64,000 nucleotides of DNA. It comes from Pelagibacteraceae bacterium AG-426-I15. Lineage in GTDB: Bacteria; Pseudomonadota; Alphaproteobacteria; Pelagibacterales; Pelagibacteraceae. The DNA is taken from positions 12,956 to 76,955 of the forward strand of contig QCNT01000004.1 in assembly GCA_003213135.1 (NCBI GenBank). The letters are read 5' to 3'. Shown here piece after piece: positions 8,336 through 17,839 of this stretch. Positions within the stretch are counted from its first letter, which is position 1, and every line of letters begins with the position of its first letter. Made by a program: the position numbers and the translations under genes. Under the pieces are notes generated by a model. That model saw nothing but the letters and a program-made list of their open reading frames with translations. It did not search any database and was not told where the DNA came from.

Positions 8336-10438
8336 ATGAATCAAAATGTTCAAAGTAAGATTAAAGACAAAATTCAAGAAGATATTTCTCCAACTCGTAA
8401 TTTAAAAGGAATTCATTTAAAAATAGTTTTTGGTATCGCTATTCTCTGGACATTCTTTCAACTTTGGTATGCTTCTCCTTTTCCTTTTTGGTTTAATTTT
8501 GGAATGTTTAAAGGTTTACCCGCAAGAGCTATTCATTTAGGTTTTGCTTTAACTTTGGCTTTTTTGATTTTTCCAGCTGTTAGAGGAAAGAAAATCTCAG
8601 CAATCGATATTTTAATTAGCATAGTTGCTGCGTTTTGTTGTTTATATATTTATTTTTTTTATGATGATCTTGTCAATAGAGGAGGAATACTTTTAGTCAA
8701 AGAAATATTTGGATTTAAAGTTCCAGTAGAACTTATTATAGGTGCAATTGGTATTTTAATTCTTTTAGAAGCTACAAGACGAGCGATTGGTTTACCTTTG
8801 GTAATTATTGCAGTTTGTTTTTTACTCTTTTCTTATTTCGGCAAATATGCTCCTGATATAATCTCTCATGGTGGTCTTTCTGTAAAAAGATTAGTTGGTT
8901 TTCAATGGTTTGATCAAGAGGCAATTTTTGGAATACCAATAGGAGTGTCAGTTGATTTTATATTTTTATTTGTTTTATTCGGAGCCTTGTTAGAAACTGC
9001 TGGTGGAGGAAAATATTTTTTAGACTTAGCTTTTGCCATGGTTGGTAAAATGCGAGGAGGTCCAGCTAAGGCTGCAATATTAGGATCTGGAATGACAGGT
9101 ATGATTTCAGGTTCATCAATAGCAAACACTGTTACGACTGGAACTTTCACAATTCCAATTATGAAAAAAACTGGGTTCTCCCAGGAAAAAGCAGGAGCCA
9201 TCGAGGTTTCCTCTTCAGTTAATGGACAAATAATGCCACCAGTAATGGGAGCAGCTGCTTTTGTTATGGCTAGTTTTATTGGCGTAACTTATTTTGAAGT
9301 TGTTAAGCACGCTTTTTTGCCAGCTATTATTTCGTATATTGCTTTGTTTTATATATCTCATTTGGAGGCTCTTAAATTAGGTCTAAAAGGCATGGACGAC
9401 GCTGATGTTCCACATCTTAAGAAAACTTTTTTGTCCGGATTACATTTTTTAATACCAATTTTTGTTTTAATTTTTTTACTTGTTTATATGAGATATACCG
9501 CTGGGTTTTCAATTTTTTATGCAACTCTTTCTTTAGTCTTAGTAAATTTAGTAAGCTGTATTATTAAAAACTCAGATTTTAAAACTGGTTTAATTGATTG
9601 GTATAATCAAACTATCATTGGTCTTCAGAAAGGCGCAATCAACATGGTAGCAGTTGGAATCGCGATTGCTACTGCCGGTATAATAGTAGGGGCGGTTGGC
9701 TCTACAGGATTGAGTACTAACTTGATTATAGTTATAGAGACAATAGCTAGAGACAATGTAATAATATTAATACTACTAACCATTATACTTTGTTTGCTTT
9801 TAGGAATGGGTCTTCCAACAACTGCAAATTATGTTGTTGTAGCATCGCTTATGGCAACAGTTCTTGTTGATGTTGGGAATGCTTCTGGTTTCATCTTTCC
9901 ACTAATAGCAGTCCATTTATTTGTATTTTATTTTGGTTTGATGGCTGATGTAACGCCACCAGTTGGATTAGCTTCTTACGCAGCTGCAGCAATTTCAGGC
10001 GGTGACCCATTAAGAACTGGACTGCAGGCAATTTGGTATAGTTTAAGAACAGGAATTTTACCTATTGTATTTTTATTCAATCATGAACTTTTGTTAATCG
10101 GTGTAGATAGTTTTTGGCAAGCTTTAATTGTAATAGTTACTTCTTTAATAGGAATATTAGTGTTTACTTCTGCTACTCAACAATGGTTTATAAATAAATT
10201 AAAATGGTATGAAACTATAGCATTTTTAATAATTTCATTATCATTTTTGGCTCCAGATTATGTTTTAAGTAAATTCTATCCAAAATTTAATGAGCAAAAA
10301 CTTTCAGCAGAAACTATTCAAAACCTCTCTTTTGATCCTGCCAAAGAAGTTCACATTAAAGTAACCAGGGTTTCAGAGTACGGAGAAAGATATAAGTTAT
10401 TTGTTGTTGATAAAAGAAAATTTGAAAAAAGAATATAA
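8336..10438 (+). CDS. TRAP transporter fused 4TM/12TM permease (TAXI-associated); C-terminal domain continues in another frame
   Basis: 700-aa polytopic membrane protein directly downstream of the TAXI receptor, with the typical fused DctQ/DctM-like architecture. Confidence 0.88.
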   Translation: MNQNVQSKIKDKIQEDISPTRNLKGIHLKIVFGIAILWTFFQLWYASPFPFWFNFGMFKGLPARAIHLGFALTLAFLIFPAVRGKKISAIDILISIVAAFCCLYIYFFYDDLVNRGGILLVKEIFGFKVPVELIIGAIGILILLEATRRAIGLPLVIIAVCFLLFSYFGKYAPDIISHGGLSVKRLVGFQWFDQEAIFGIPIGVSVDFIFLFVLFGALLETAGGGKYFLDLAFAMVGKMRGGPAKAAILGSGMTGMISGSSIANTVTTGTFTIPIMKKTGFSQEKAGAIEVSSSVNGQIMPPVMGAAAFVMASFIGVTYFEVVKHAFLPAIISYIALFYISHLEALKLGLKGMDDADVPHLKKTFLSGLHFLIPIFVLIFLLVYMRYTAGFSIFYATLSLVLVNLVSCIIKNSDFKTGLIDWYNQTIIGLQKGAINMVAVGIAIATAGIIVGAVGSTGLSTNLIIVIETIARDNVIILILLTIILCLLLGMGLPTTANYVVVASLMATVLVDVGNASGFIFPLIAVHLFVFYFGLMADVTPPVGLASYAAAAISGGDPLRTGLQAIWYSLRTGILPIVFLFNHELLLIGVDSFWQALIVIVTSLIGILVFTSATQQWFINKLKWYETIAFLIISLSFLAPDYVLSKFYPKFNEQKLSAETIQNLSFDPAKEVHIKVTRVSEYGERYKLFVVDKRKFEKRI

Positions 10439-10664
10439 TTTAGAGGAATACGGCGTATCTTTGATAGACCAAAATGATCAAGTCGTTGTGGAGAAATTAA
10501 ACTGGAAAGGGGAGGCAAAAAAATCTGGAATGCAGATGGGTGACATTATAAGTAATTTTAAAATTGAAAATCCCGAAAGACCAAATAAATCAATCGTTTA
10601 TCCTTTTGCATTTTTTGCTTTATTAATATTTGGTTATTTAAATTACAGAAGAAAAAATATTTAA
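10365..10664 (+). pseudogene. Detached C-terminal (DUF3394-like) tail of the TRAP fused permease, offset by one base
   Basis: The frame opens at 10365 and overlaps the permease 3' end. It reads ..EYNLEEYGVSLIDQNDQVVVEKLNWKGEAKKSGMQMGD.. and ends with a final TM helix and RRK, like the tail of long TAXI permeases. Dropping one A of the A6 run at 10425-10430 joins it to the permease. Confidence 0.6.
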
Positions 10665-10666
10665 TT

Positions 10667-11068
10667 TTATTTATTTATTTTTAAAATTTTCCAAACACCA
10701 GATGTAACTGCCACTATGCCTTCAGCATTAACAATTTCACATGTTAGAAAAACTAGTGTCTTAGTTTTTTTTTGAACCTTTACCTTTGCTACTAATTTAT
10801 CTCCAAGTTTAGCAGCAGATATAAACTTCATTTCCAAGGATATGGTCACACATCTTTTATTATCAGCTGATTGATGTGCAGCGTTTCCCATCCCAGTATC
10901 TGCAATAAAAGTAAGAAATCCTCCGTGTGCCATCCCGGCAGTATTCAGATGCATCTCTTTAACTTCTGTTTCGTACTCAAAGGTAGTACTATTTATCTTT
11001 TTACCTTTAAGTCCACCTACTTGTTTTGCGTAGCCTGAATTAGTTTCGTCCATATCTTCTTTTATCAT
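10667..11068 (-). CDS. PaaI/4HBT-family hotdog-fold thioesterase
   Basis: HLNTAGMAHGGFLTFIADTGMG motif at ~130 aa. Confidence 0.75.
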   Translation of the reverse strand: MIKEDMDETNSGYAKQVGGLKGKKINSTTFEYETEVKEMHLNTAGMAHGGFLTFIADTGMGNAAHQSADNKRCVTISLEMKFISAAKLGDKLVAKVKVQKKTKTLVFLTCEIVNAEGIVAVTSGVWKILKINK

Positions 11069-11942
11069 ACAAAGGAGCCAGTTGTGAGAAAATAACAGCT
11101 GCTAAGATAATTATAATTCCTAAGATTTTATATTCGTTAAGAAACTGGTCTAATATTATCCATGCAGCTACTGATCCAAATACGCCTTCCAGGGAAAAAA
11201 TAATTGCTGCTGGAGCAGGAGATATATTTTGTAAAGCAAAAATTTGAAGCATAAAGGCAATTCCACTTGATAAAACTCCTGCATAAAGTAATTCAGCCGC
11301 TTCCAATGATAAAACTTTTAATGAGACATATTCATAAGCAAACATCGGAACAGAAGAAAATATTGCAGCAGTAAGACATTGAAAAGAAGCAATAGTAATC
11401 GGAAAATTGAAAACTTTTAAAAATTTAGAAATATAAACAATATGAAAGGCCCAGAAAAAAGCTCCAATTACTACAAGAGTGTCACCAAACCTAACTCTAA
11501 GATTACCCAATTCACTAAGAAGAAAACCACCTATTAAACACATCATTACTGATGGCCAAACAGATTTATGAATTTTTTTTGAAAAAAGAAAAAAAGCAAT
11601 TATTGGAACTATAACTACATACAAAACTGTAAAGACCGCTGAGTTTGCTACATCAGTATAAATTAGAGAAATCTGCTGTAAAATATTTCCTCCAGCTAAT
11701 AAAAAACCTAAAAAAAATATATAACCTACAACAAATTTATAATTTAATTTTGACTGTTTGATTTTTTTAAACTCAAAAATAAAAAAAAATGGTAGTAGTG
11801 CCAAGAAGCCTAAAATTAAACGAGCCGCTGAGAATGTCCAAGGGCCAATATAATCCATTCCCATGTCTTGGGCCACAAAAGCTGTACCCCAAAGAAAAGA
11901 GCATCCAACCGCACAAGTTAATGAAAATATTTTTTTATCCAT
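11040..11942 (-). CDS. DMT-superfamily (EamA-like) transporter
   Basis: 10-TM, 300-aa protein with two EamA-like halves. Confidence 0.7.
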   Translation of the reverse strand: MDKKIFSLTCAVGCSFLWGTAFVAQDMGMDYIGPWTFSAARLILGFLALLPFFFIFEFKKIKQSKLNYKFVVGYIFFLGFLLAGGNILQQISLIYTDVANSAVFTVLYVVIVPIIAFFLFSKKIHKSVWPSVMMCLIGGFLLSELGNLRVRFGDTLVVIGAFFWAFHIVYISKFLKVFNFPITIASFQCLTAAIFSSVPMFAYEYVSLKVLSLEAAELLYAGVLSSGIAFMLQIFALQNISPAPAAIIFSLEGVFGSVAAWIILDQFLNEYKILGIIIILAAVIFSQLAPLYDKRRYGRN

Positions 11943-13196
11943 TTAAACTGCAAGCTTGAATGCAAAATCTTTACCTAGACTTTTAGATAAGTGCACACAA
12001 AATCTGGCACCTTCTGCACCATCAATGACTCTATGATCATAAGATAAAGATATTGGGAGCATCTTTCTCACAATAAATTGACCGTTAACCTTTTTAATTT
12101 TATCAAAAGTTTTACCAACACCTAAAATAGCTACTTCTGGAGGATTAATAATTGGTGTGAAAAAATTTCCTCCAATACCTCCTAAGCTTGAAATTGTCAT
12201 TGAACCCCCAAAAAATTCCTTCTTATCTATTTTAAGCTCTTTACATTGTTTACTTACTCTTCTTAATTCTTCATAAATTTCCTTTAATCCCAATTGATCA
12301 ACATTTCTAATTTTTGGAACCATCAAACCGTGCGGAGTATCAACCGCAAAACCAATATGGTAATATTTTTTAAAAATTAATTTATTTTTCTCAGGATCTA
12401 TAGAAGAATTAAAATTTGGATATTCTTTAAGTGCATTTACTACAGCTCTAGTTATAAATGCCAATGGACTTATTCTTATTCTATCTCCAGAATAATTATC
12501 GATTAATGTTGTTCTAAACTGTTCCATTTCAGTAATATCTATTTCATCATGCTGAGTTACATGCGGAATTTCGGTCCAAGATCTTACAAGTTGAGGACCA
12601 GAAAGCTTTTTAACTCTTGGAAGATCTTTTTTTTCAATTTCACCAAATGCTTCATGAGGATATTCATCCTTGTAAATTTTCTTTTCAACCTTTCCTTCAT
12701 TAACTGATACCTGAGATCTTACAAATTTTTTCACATCATCTTCAGTAACTCTGCCAGCTCTTTGTGATCCAGGTATCTGAACGATATCAGCACCTAGTTC
12801 TCTAGCAAATTTTCTTACCTTTGGACTTGCAGATGATATGCCATCTTTACTCAATTTATTCACTACAGGAGCTATTTCTTTTGGAGTTTCAGTTACTATT
12901 TTCTTTTCAGGAATATTTTCTTTTACCTCAACTGCTTTTTTACTCTCTTCCTTTTTACTTACAGAATCTAATGATAATATTTCACTTCCTTCTGAAACTT
13001 TGTCACCAACTTTAACAATAATCTTATTGATTTTTCCTTCATCAGTTGCAGGAACTTCTACACTTGATTTATCACTTTCCAAAGTTATTAAGGGATCATT
13101 TTTTTTGATCTGTTGTCCTGACTTAACTAATACCTCAATCACTTCAACATTTTTAAAATCTCCGATATTTGGAACTAATAATTTTTTTTCAGCCAT
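11943..13196 (-). CDS. aceF: Dihydrolipoamide acetyltransferase, pyruvate dehydrogenase E2 (single lipoyl domain)
   Basis: Lipoyl motif TLESDKSSVEVPA, peripheral-subunit-binding domain SPKVRKFARELGADI and catalytic SLSYDHRVIDGAEGARF. Confidence 0.92.
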   Translation of the reverse strand: MAEKKLLVPNIGDFKNVEVIEVLVKSGQQIKKNDPLITLESDKSSVEVPATDEGKINKIIVKVGDKVSEGSEILSLDSVSKKEESKKAVEVKENIPEKKIVTETPKEIAPVVNKLSKDGISSASPKVRKFARELGADIVQIPGSQRAGRVTEDDVKKFVRSQVSVNEGKVEKKIYKDEYPHEAFGEIEKKDLPRVKKLSGPQLVRSWTEIPHVTQHDEIDITEMEQFRTTLIDNYSGDRIRISPLAFITRAVVNALKEYPNFNSSIDPEKNKLIFKKYYHIGFAVDTPHGLMVPKIRNVDQLGLKEIYEELRRVSKQCKELKIDKKEFFGGSMTISSLGGIGGNFFTPIINPPEVAILGVGKTFDKIKKVNGQFIVRKMLPISLSYDHRVIDGAEGARFCVHLSKSLGKDFAFKLAV

Positions 13197-13202
13197 TTAA
13201 CA

Positions 13203-16200
13203 CTATAATTTTGTTGGAAAAACTTTTGTTTGATCAATATTGTATTTTTTAATTGCTTTTTCTGCATGATCTGAAGCCATCAATTGTTCTTTTGCTAATG
13301 CGCTTAAAGTGTATGTAACAATATGCTTTTTATCAACTTCAAAAAATTTTCTTAATTCTTTTCTTGTATCACTTCTTCCAAAACCATCAGTTCCCAATGT
13401 ATAGAATGGTTTATTAAGATATGGTCTTATTTGGTCTGTATGTGATCTTATATAATCTGATGCTGCAAATATAATACCTTCTTGCGAGTCTAAACATTTT
13501 TGTACATAACTTTTTTTAGGCTTCTCTTTTGGATTTAACAAATTTCTTCTTTCAACTTCCATACCATCTTTCTTTAATTCATTGAAACTAGTAGCACTCC
13601 AAACATTACAATCTACTCCGTAATCTTTTGATAAAGTTTCAGCAGCTTTAATAACTTCTCTTAAAATTGATCCTGAACCAAGCATTTGAACTTTAGCTTT
13701 GCCTTTTCCTTTGTAGTTTTTAAATAAATACATCCCTTTTAAAATTCCCTGATCTGAACCAGTAGGTTTTTCTGGATGAGTATAATTTTCGTTCATTGCA
13801 GTTATGTAGTAATAAATATTTTCCTTTTTCTCATGCATCCTTTTTAATCCATCTCTAAAAATTACCGCCATCTCATATGCAAATGTAGGATCGTAGCTTA
13901 CACAGTTAGGTATTGCCGATGCCATAAGGAGACTATGTCCATCTTGGTGTTGTAATCCTTCTCCTGCTAAAGTTGTTTTTCCAGATGTTGCTCCAATTAA
14001 AAAACCTCTTGTTTGAGAATCTGCAGCGGCCCAAGCTAAATCTCCAATTCTTTGAAAACCAAACATTGAGTAAAATAAATATATAGGAACCATTTCTAAG
14101 TCATGGTTAGTGTAAGAAGTTCCAGCTGCAATCCATGACGACATTGCTCCGGCCTCTGTAATACCTTCCTGTAAAACTTGGCCACTTTTATCTTCTCTAT
14201 AAGAGCTTAATTGTTCTGAGTCCACTGGTTCATATTTTTGACCTTCGTGTGCATAGATACCAATTTTTTGAAAAAAACCTTCCATACCAAAAGTTCTCGC
14301 TTCATCCGCGATGATAGGCACTAGTCTTGGCGCAACGTTTTTATCTCTTAGTAAATTCGCAAGCATTCTTACAAGAGCCATGGTCGTAGACATTTCTTTT
14401 TCACCTGTAGACTTCATAAAACTTTCAAAGATATCTTGAGGAGGTGTTTTAACTGGCTTTGCAAAAGTAGTTCTCTCAGGAATATTTCCACCAAGCTTAT
14501 GTCTACAATTTTTTAAATACTTTATTTCTGGCGAATTTTCTGACGGTTTGTAATATTCAATATTTTTTACCTGCTTGTCTGTAAGGGGTACATTAAATCT
14601 ATCTCTGTAAAACAACAAATCTTCTTCATCTAGTTTCTTTTGTTGGTGTGTGGTATTTATACTTTCACCAGATTTACCCATACCGTAACCTTTAATTGTT
14701 TTAGCTATTATGACTGTTGGCTTTCCTTTGCAACGCACAGCAGCGTGATATGCTGAATAAACTTTGTGTGGGTCATGTCCACCTCTATTTAATTTCCAAA
14801 TATCTGCATCTGTCATATTTGCCACTAATTCCTTCAGTTCAGGATATTTTCCAAAAAATTTCTCTCTTACGTAAGCCCCACCTTTTGCTTTGAATGCCTG
14901 ATATTCACCATCGACTGCTTCAGTCATTCTTTTAACTAGTAAACCAGTTTTATCTTTAGACAAAAGCTGATCCCAGTAAGAGCCCCAAATTACTTTAATT
15001 ACATTCCAACCCGAGCCTCTAAATCTTCCTTCAAGTTCTTGAATAATTTTTCCATTTCCTCTTACAGGCCCATCTAATCTTTGAAGATTACAATTGATTA
15101 CAAAAATCAAATTATCTAATTTCTCTCTTGCTGCTAGCCCCACAGCTCCAAAACTTTCAGGTTCATCCATTTCACCATCACCTAGATGACACCAAATTTT
15201 CCTATCTTGATCTTTTAGAAGACCTCTATTTATTAAATACTTAGTAAACCTAGCTTGATAGATTGCCATCATAGGACCAAGTCCCATGGACACAGTTGGG
15301 AACTGCCAAAACTTAGGCATCAACCAAGGATGCGGGTAAGAAGACAATCCACCTTTCTCAACTTCTTGTCTAAATTTATCTAGTTGTTTTTCTGTAATTC
15401 TTCCCTCTAAAAATGCTCTTGCATACATACCTGGTGCGCTATGACCTTGAAAATAAACCAAATCACCGCCGAACTTATTATTCTTTGCTCTCCAAAAATG
15501 ATTCATACCAACGTCATATAATGTTGCTGCAGAGGCGAAAGTACCTATGTGACCACCTAATTCTGGATTTTTTTTATTCGCCTTAACGACCATGGCAGCT
15601 GCATTCCATCTTATGTAAGCTCTAATTTTTCTTTCTAAATTTTGATCTCCTGGCGATCTTATATCTGCAGTGGCAGGTATTGTGTTTATATAAGGAGTAG
15701 TTCTAGTGTCAGGCAAAGTTAATCCCTGCGTGTAAGCTTCATCAATTACTTTTTTGAGCAAATAACCTGCTCTTGACGATCCATCTGTCTTTACTACCGC
15801 TCTAAGTGAGTCAAGCCATTCTTGTGTTTCTGAAGGATCTATATCGTCCTTAGAAACAGGCTGAGCATAAATTGTTTCTTTTCCATTTCTTAAGCCATTT
15901 GTTTTCTCTGTGTTTGGAATTATATCGTTTTTAATTTTTTTTATTTCTTTTATTGGGGCAATAGTTTCTTCTTTTTTTTCAATTCCACTATCTAAAGTAG
16001 CCAAGATACTTCCCTTTGATACTTTATCTCCTATTTTAACTTTTAGTTGAGATATTTTTCCTTCATAAGGAGATGGCACCTCAACACTTGATTTGTCACT
16101 TTCTAAGGTAACTATTGGATCATTTTTCTTTACTTCGTCCCCAGGTTTTACAAGAACTTCAATTATTTCAACGTCTTTGAAATCACCAATATCGGGCACA

Positions 16201-16217
16201 GGAATATTCTTAGCCAT
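13203..16217 (-). CDS. aceE: Pyruvate dehydrogenase E1, homodimeric AceE type, with N-terminal lipoyl-attachment domain fusion
   Basis: Residues 1-77 form a lipoyl domain (TLESDKSSVEVPSP). From about residue 125 onward the sequence is AceE-like (ETQEWLDSL.., GGHIGTFASAATLYDV, GDGEMDEPES). Confidence 0.9.
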   Translation of the reverse strand: MAKNIPVPDIGDFKDVEIIEVLVKPGDEVKKNDPIVTLESDKSSVEVPSPYEGKISQLKVKIGDKVSKGSILATLDSGIEKKEETIAPIKEIKKIKNDIIPNTEKTNGLRNGKETIYAQPVSKDDIDPSETQEWLDSLRAVVKTDGSSRAGYLLKKVIDEAYTQGLTLPDTRTTPYINTIPATADIRSPGDQNLERKIRAYIRWNAAAMVVKANKKNPELGGHIGTFASAATLYDVGMNHFWRAKNNKFGGDLVYFQGHSAPGMYARAFLEGRITEKQLDKFRQEVEKGGLSSYPHPWLMPKFWQFPTVSMGLGPMMAIYQARFTKYLINRGLLKDQDRKIWCHLGDGEMDEPESFGAVGLAAREKLDNLIFVINCNLQRLDGPVRGNGKIIQELEGRFRGSGWNVIKVIWGSYWDQLLSKDKTGLLVKRMTEAVDGEYQAFKAKGGAYVREKFFGKYPELKELVANMTDADIWKLNRGGHDPHKVYSAYHAAVRCKGKPTVIIAKTIKGYGMGKSGESINTTHQQKKLDEEDLLFYRDRFNVPLTDKQVKNIEYYKPSENSPEIKYLKNCRHKLGGNIPERTTFAKPVKTPPQDIFESFMKSTGEKEMSTTMALVRMLANLLRDKNVAPRLVPIIADEARTFGMEGFFQKIGIYAHEGQKYEPVDSEQLSSYREDKSGQVLQEGITEAGAMSSWIAAGTSYTNHDLEMVPIYLFYSMFGFQRIGDLAWAAADSQTRGFLIGATSGKTTLAGEGLQHQDGHSLLMASAIPNCVSYDPTFAYEMAVIFRDGLKRMHEKKENIYYYITAMNENYTHPEKPTGSDQGILKGMYLFKNYKGKGKAKVQMLGSGSILREVIKAAETLSKDYGVDCNVWSATSFNELKKDGMEVERRNLLNPKEKPKKSYVQKCLDSQEGIIFAASDYIRSHTDQIRPYLNKPFYTLGTDGFGRSDTRKELRKFFEVDKKHIVTYTLSALAKEQLMASDHAEKAIKKYNIDQTKVFPTKL

Positions 16218-16361
16218 AAATCATTATACACAATTTTTGACACAATTTATCCGATTTTTTGACACTTATATTTAGCAATGTATTTTATGCATTTTTTAAG
16301 ACTTATTTTTAAAAGAAATAGAGTTGAGATAGACTCTAAGTTATTAATTCAAAAAATCTTA

Positions 16362-16514
16362 CTAAGAAAATACCTGGCTAAAACCAATTAGTAAAACTAC
16401 TAAAATTATAGCTCCGTAGTAGTACTGGTATCCTCTTACCGTAAAAGGAACTTTTTTTATCACTCTATTTTTTAAATTTTTTCTTGGTTTAATAAACCGT
16501 TTATTAAGTTTCAT
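16362..16514 (-). CDS. Hypothetical 50-aa basic, C-terminally membrane-anchored protein
   Basis: ATG at 16514-16512 overlaps the thiolase TGA (ATGA). Sequence is MKLNKRFIKPRKNLKNRVIKKVPFTVRGYQYYYGAIILVVLLIGFSQVFS. The ORF-track start at 16559 lies inside the thiolase gene and is unlikely. Confidence 0.4.
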   Translation of the reverse strand: MKLNKRFIKPRKNLKNRVIKKVPFTVRGYQYYYGAIILVVLLIGFSQVFS

Positions 16515-17692
16515 TTTCTTTCTATACACATTGCTATACCCATTCCTCCACCAATACACAATGTGGCTAAACCTTTTTTAGAGTCTCTTTTGAGCATTTC
16601 ATGTATGAGTGTGACAAAAACTCTCGTACCAGATGCGCCAATAGGATGACCCAAAGCTATCGCTCCACCATTTACATTTACTTTTTCAATAGGCAAACTT
16701 AACTCTTTAACTACAGCACAACTTTGAGCGGCAAAGGCTTCATTTGCTTCAATTAAATCTAAATCTTTAGATTTCCAACCCGCGATTTCCAAAGCTTTGT
16801 TTGAAGATGGTATAGGGCCAGTTCCCATTACCGAAGGATCAACACCACAAGATGCCCATGATTTAATTTCAGCAAGTGGTTTAATACCTCTTTTTTCAGC
16901 CTCACTTTTCGACATTAAAACTACTGCAGCCGCACCATCATTGATTCCAGATGAGTTACCCGCAGTAACTGTCCCATCTTTTTGAAAAACTGTTTTAAGT
17001 TTTTCTAATACATTTATGGATATCCCTTCACGCGGATGTTCATCCTTTTTAAAAATAGAACTTCCTTTCTTGGACTTTATTTCAAATGGCACAATCTCTT
17101 CATCAAATTTATTTTCTTTCTGTGCTTTTAAAGCTTTAGTTTGAGAATCAAATGAAAATTTATCTTGATCTTTTCTTGTTATTTGAAATTTTTGCGCAAC
17201 ATTCTCTGCAGTGTTACCCATATGGTAACCATTAAAAGCATCCCACAATCCATCTTTAATCATAGAGTCTATTAGCTCTGTATCTCCTAATTTTTTACCA
17301 TTTCTTAAGTGAACTACGTGCGGAGCTTGCGACATGCTTTCCTGTCCTCCAGCAACAACAATATTAGAATCGTTGGAGATAATTGATTGAAATCCTGAGA
17401 CAATCGATCTTAAGCCTGAACCACAAACTTGATTCACCACATAAGAAGGGATTTCTCTTGGAACTCCTGACTCCATCGATGCTTGTCTAGCAGGATTTTG
17501 ACCAGCACCTCCAGTTAAAACTTGACCCATAATAACTTCGTTTACTTCAGTTGGTTTTAAATTTGATTTCTTAATTGCGCTTGAAATAGCAGTAGATCCA
17601 AGTTTGTACGCTGGAACATTTTTAAGTGTACCACCCAAAGAGCCTATCGCAGTTCTTACAGCTGATGTTATTACGACTGTTTTATTATTCAT
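16511..17692 (-). CDS. Acetyl-CoA C-acetyltransferase (thiolase II)
   Basis: NQVCGSGLRS (active-site Cys), NEAFAAQ, NVNGGAIALGHPIGASG and CIGGGMG motifs. Confidence 0.92.
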   Translation of the reverse strand: MNNKTVVITSAVRTAIGSLGGTLKNVPAYKLGSTAISSAIKKSNLKPTEVNEVIMGQVLTGGAGQNPARQASMESGVPREIPSYVVNQVCGSGLRSIVSGFQSIISNDSNIVVAGGQESMSQAPHVVHLRNGKKLGDTELIDSMIKDGLWDAFNGYHMGNTAENVAQKFQITRKDQDKFSFDSQTKALKAQKENKFDEEIVPFEIKSKKGSSIFKKDEHPREGISINVLEKLKTVFQKDGTVTAGNSSGINDGAAAVVLMSKSEAEKRGIKPLAEIKSWASCGVDPSVMGTGPIPSSNKALEIAGWKSKDLDLIEANEAFAAQSCAVVKELSLPIEKVNVNGGAIALGHPIGASGTRVFVTLIHEMLKRDSKKGLATLCIGGGMGIAMCIERK

Positions 17693-17761
17693 TTATATAG
17701 GTCTCATAATATAGATTTAAACTCTTTAATTACAATAGTTTCTTTGATATCTGATTGTTAT

Positions 17762-17838
17762 GCGCCTGTAGCTCAACTGGATAGAGCGTTTGGCTACGGA
17801 CCAGGAGGTTCTGGGTTCGAATCCTAGCAGGCGCGCCA
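17762..17838 (+). tRNA. tRNA-Arg (anticodon ACG), CCA encoded
   Basis: Hand-folded cloverleaf. Acceptor GCGCCTG/CAGGCGC, D stem GCTC/GAGC, anticodon loop CTACGGA, T arm CTGGG-TTCGAAT-CCTAG, discriminator G plus CCA. Confidence 0.9.
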
Positions 17839-17839
17839 T

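Noticed and set aside
12838-13200. 120-aa + strand ORF antisense to the aceF lipoyl and linker region. A similar one lies at 16093-16275, opposite the aceE lipoyl domain.
   Set aside because: These are mirror-frame artefacts of the two paralogous lipoyl-domain segments. They have no start context and no motifs.
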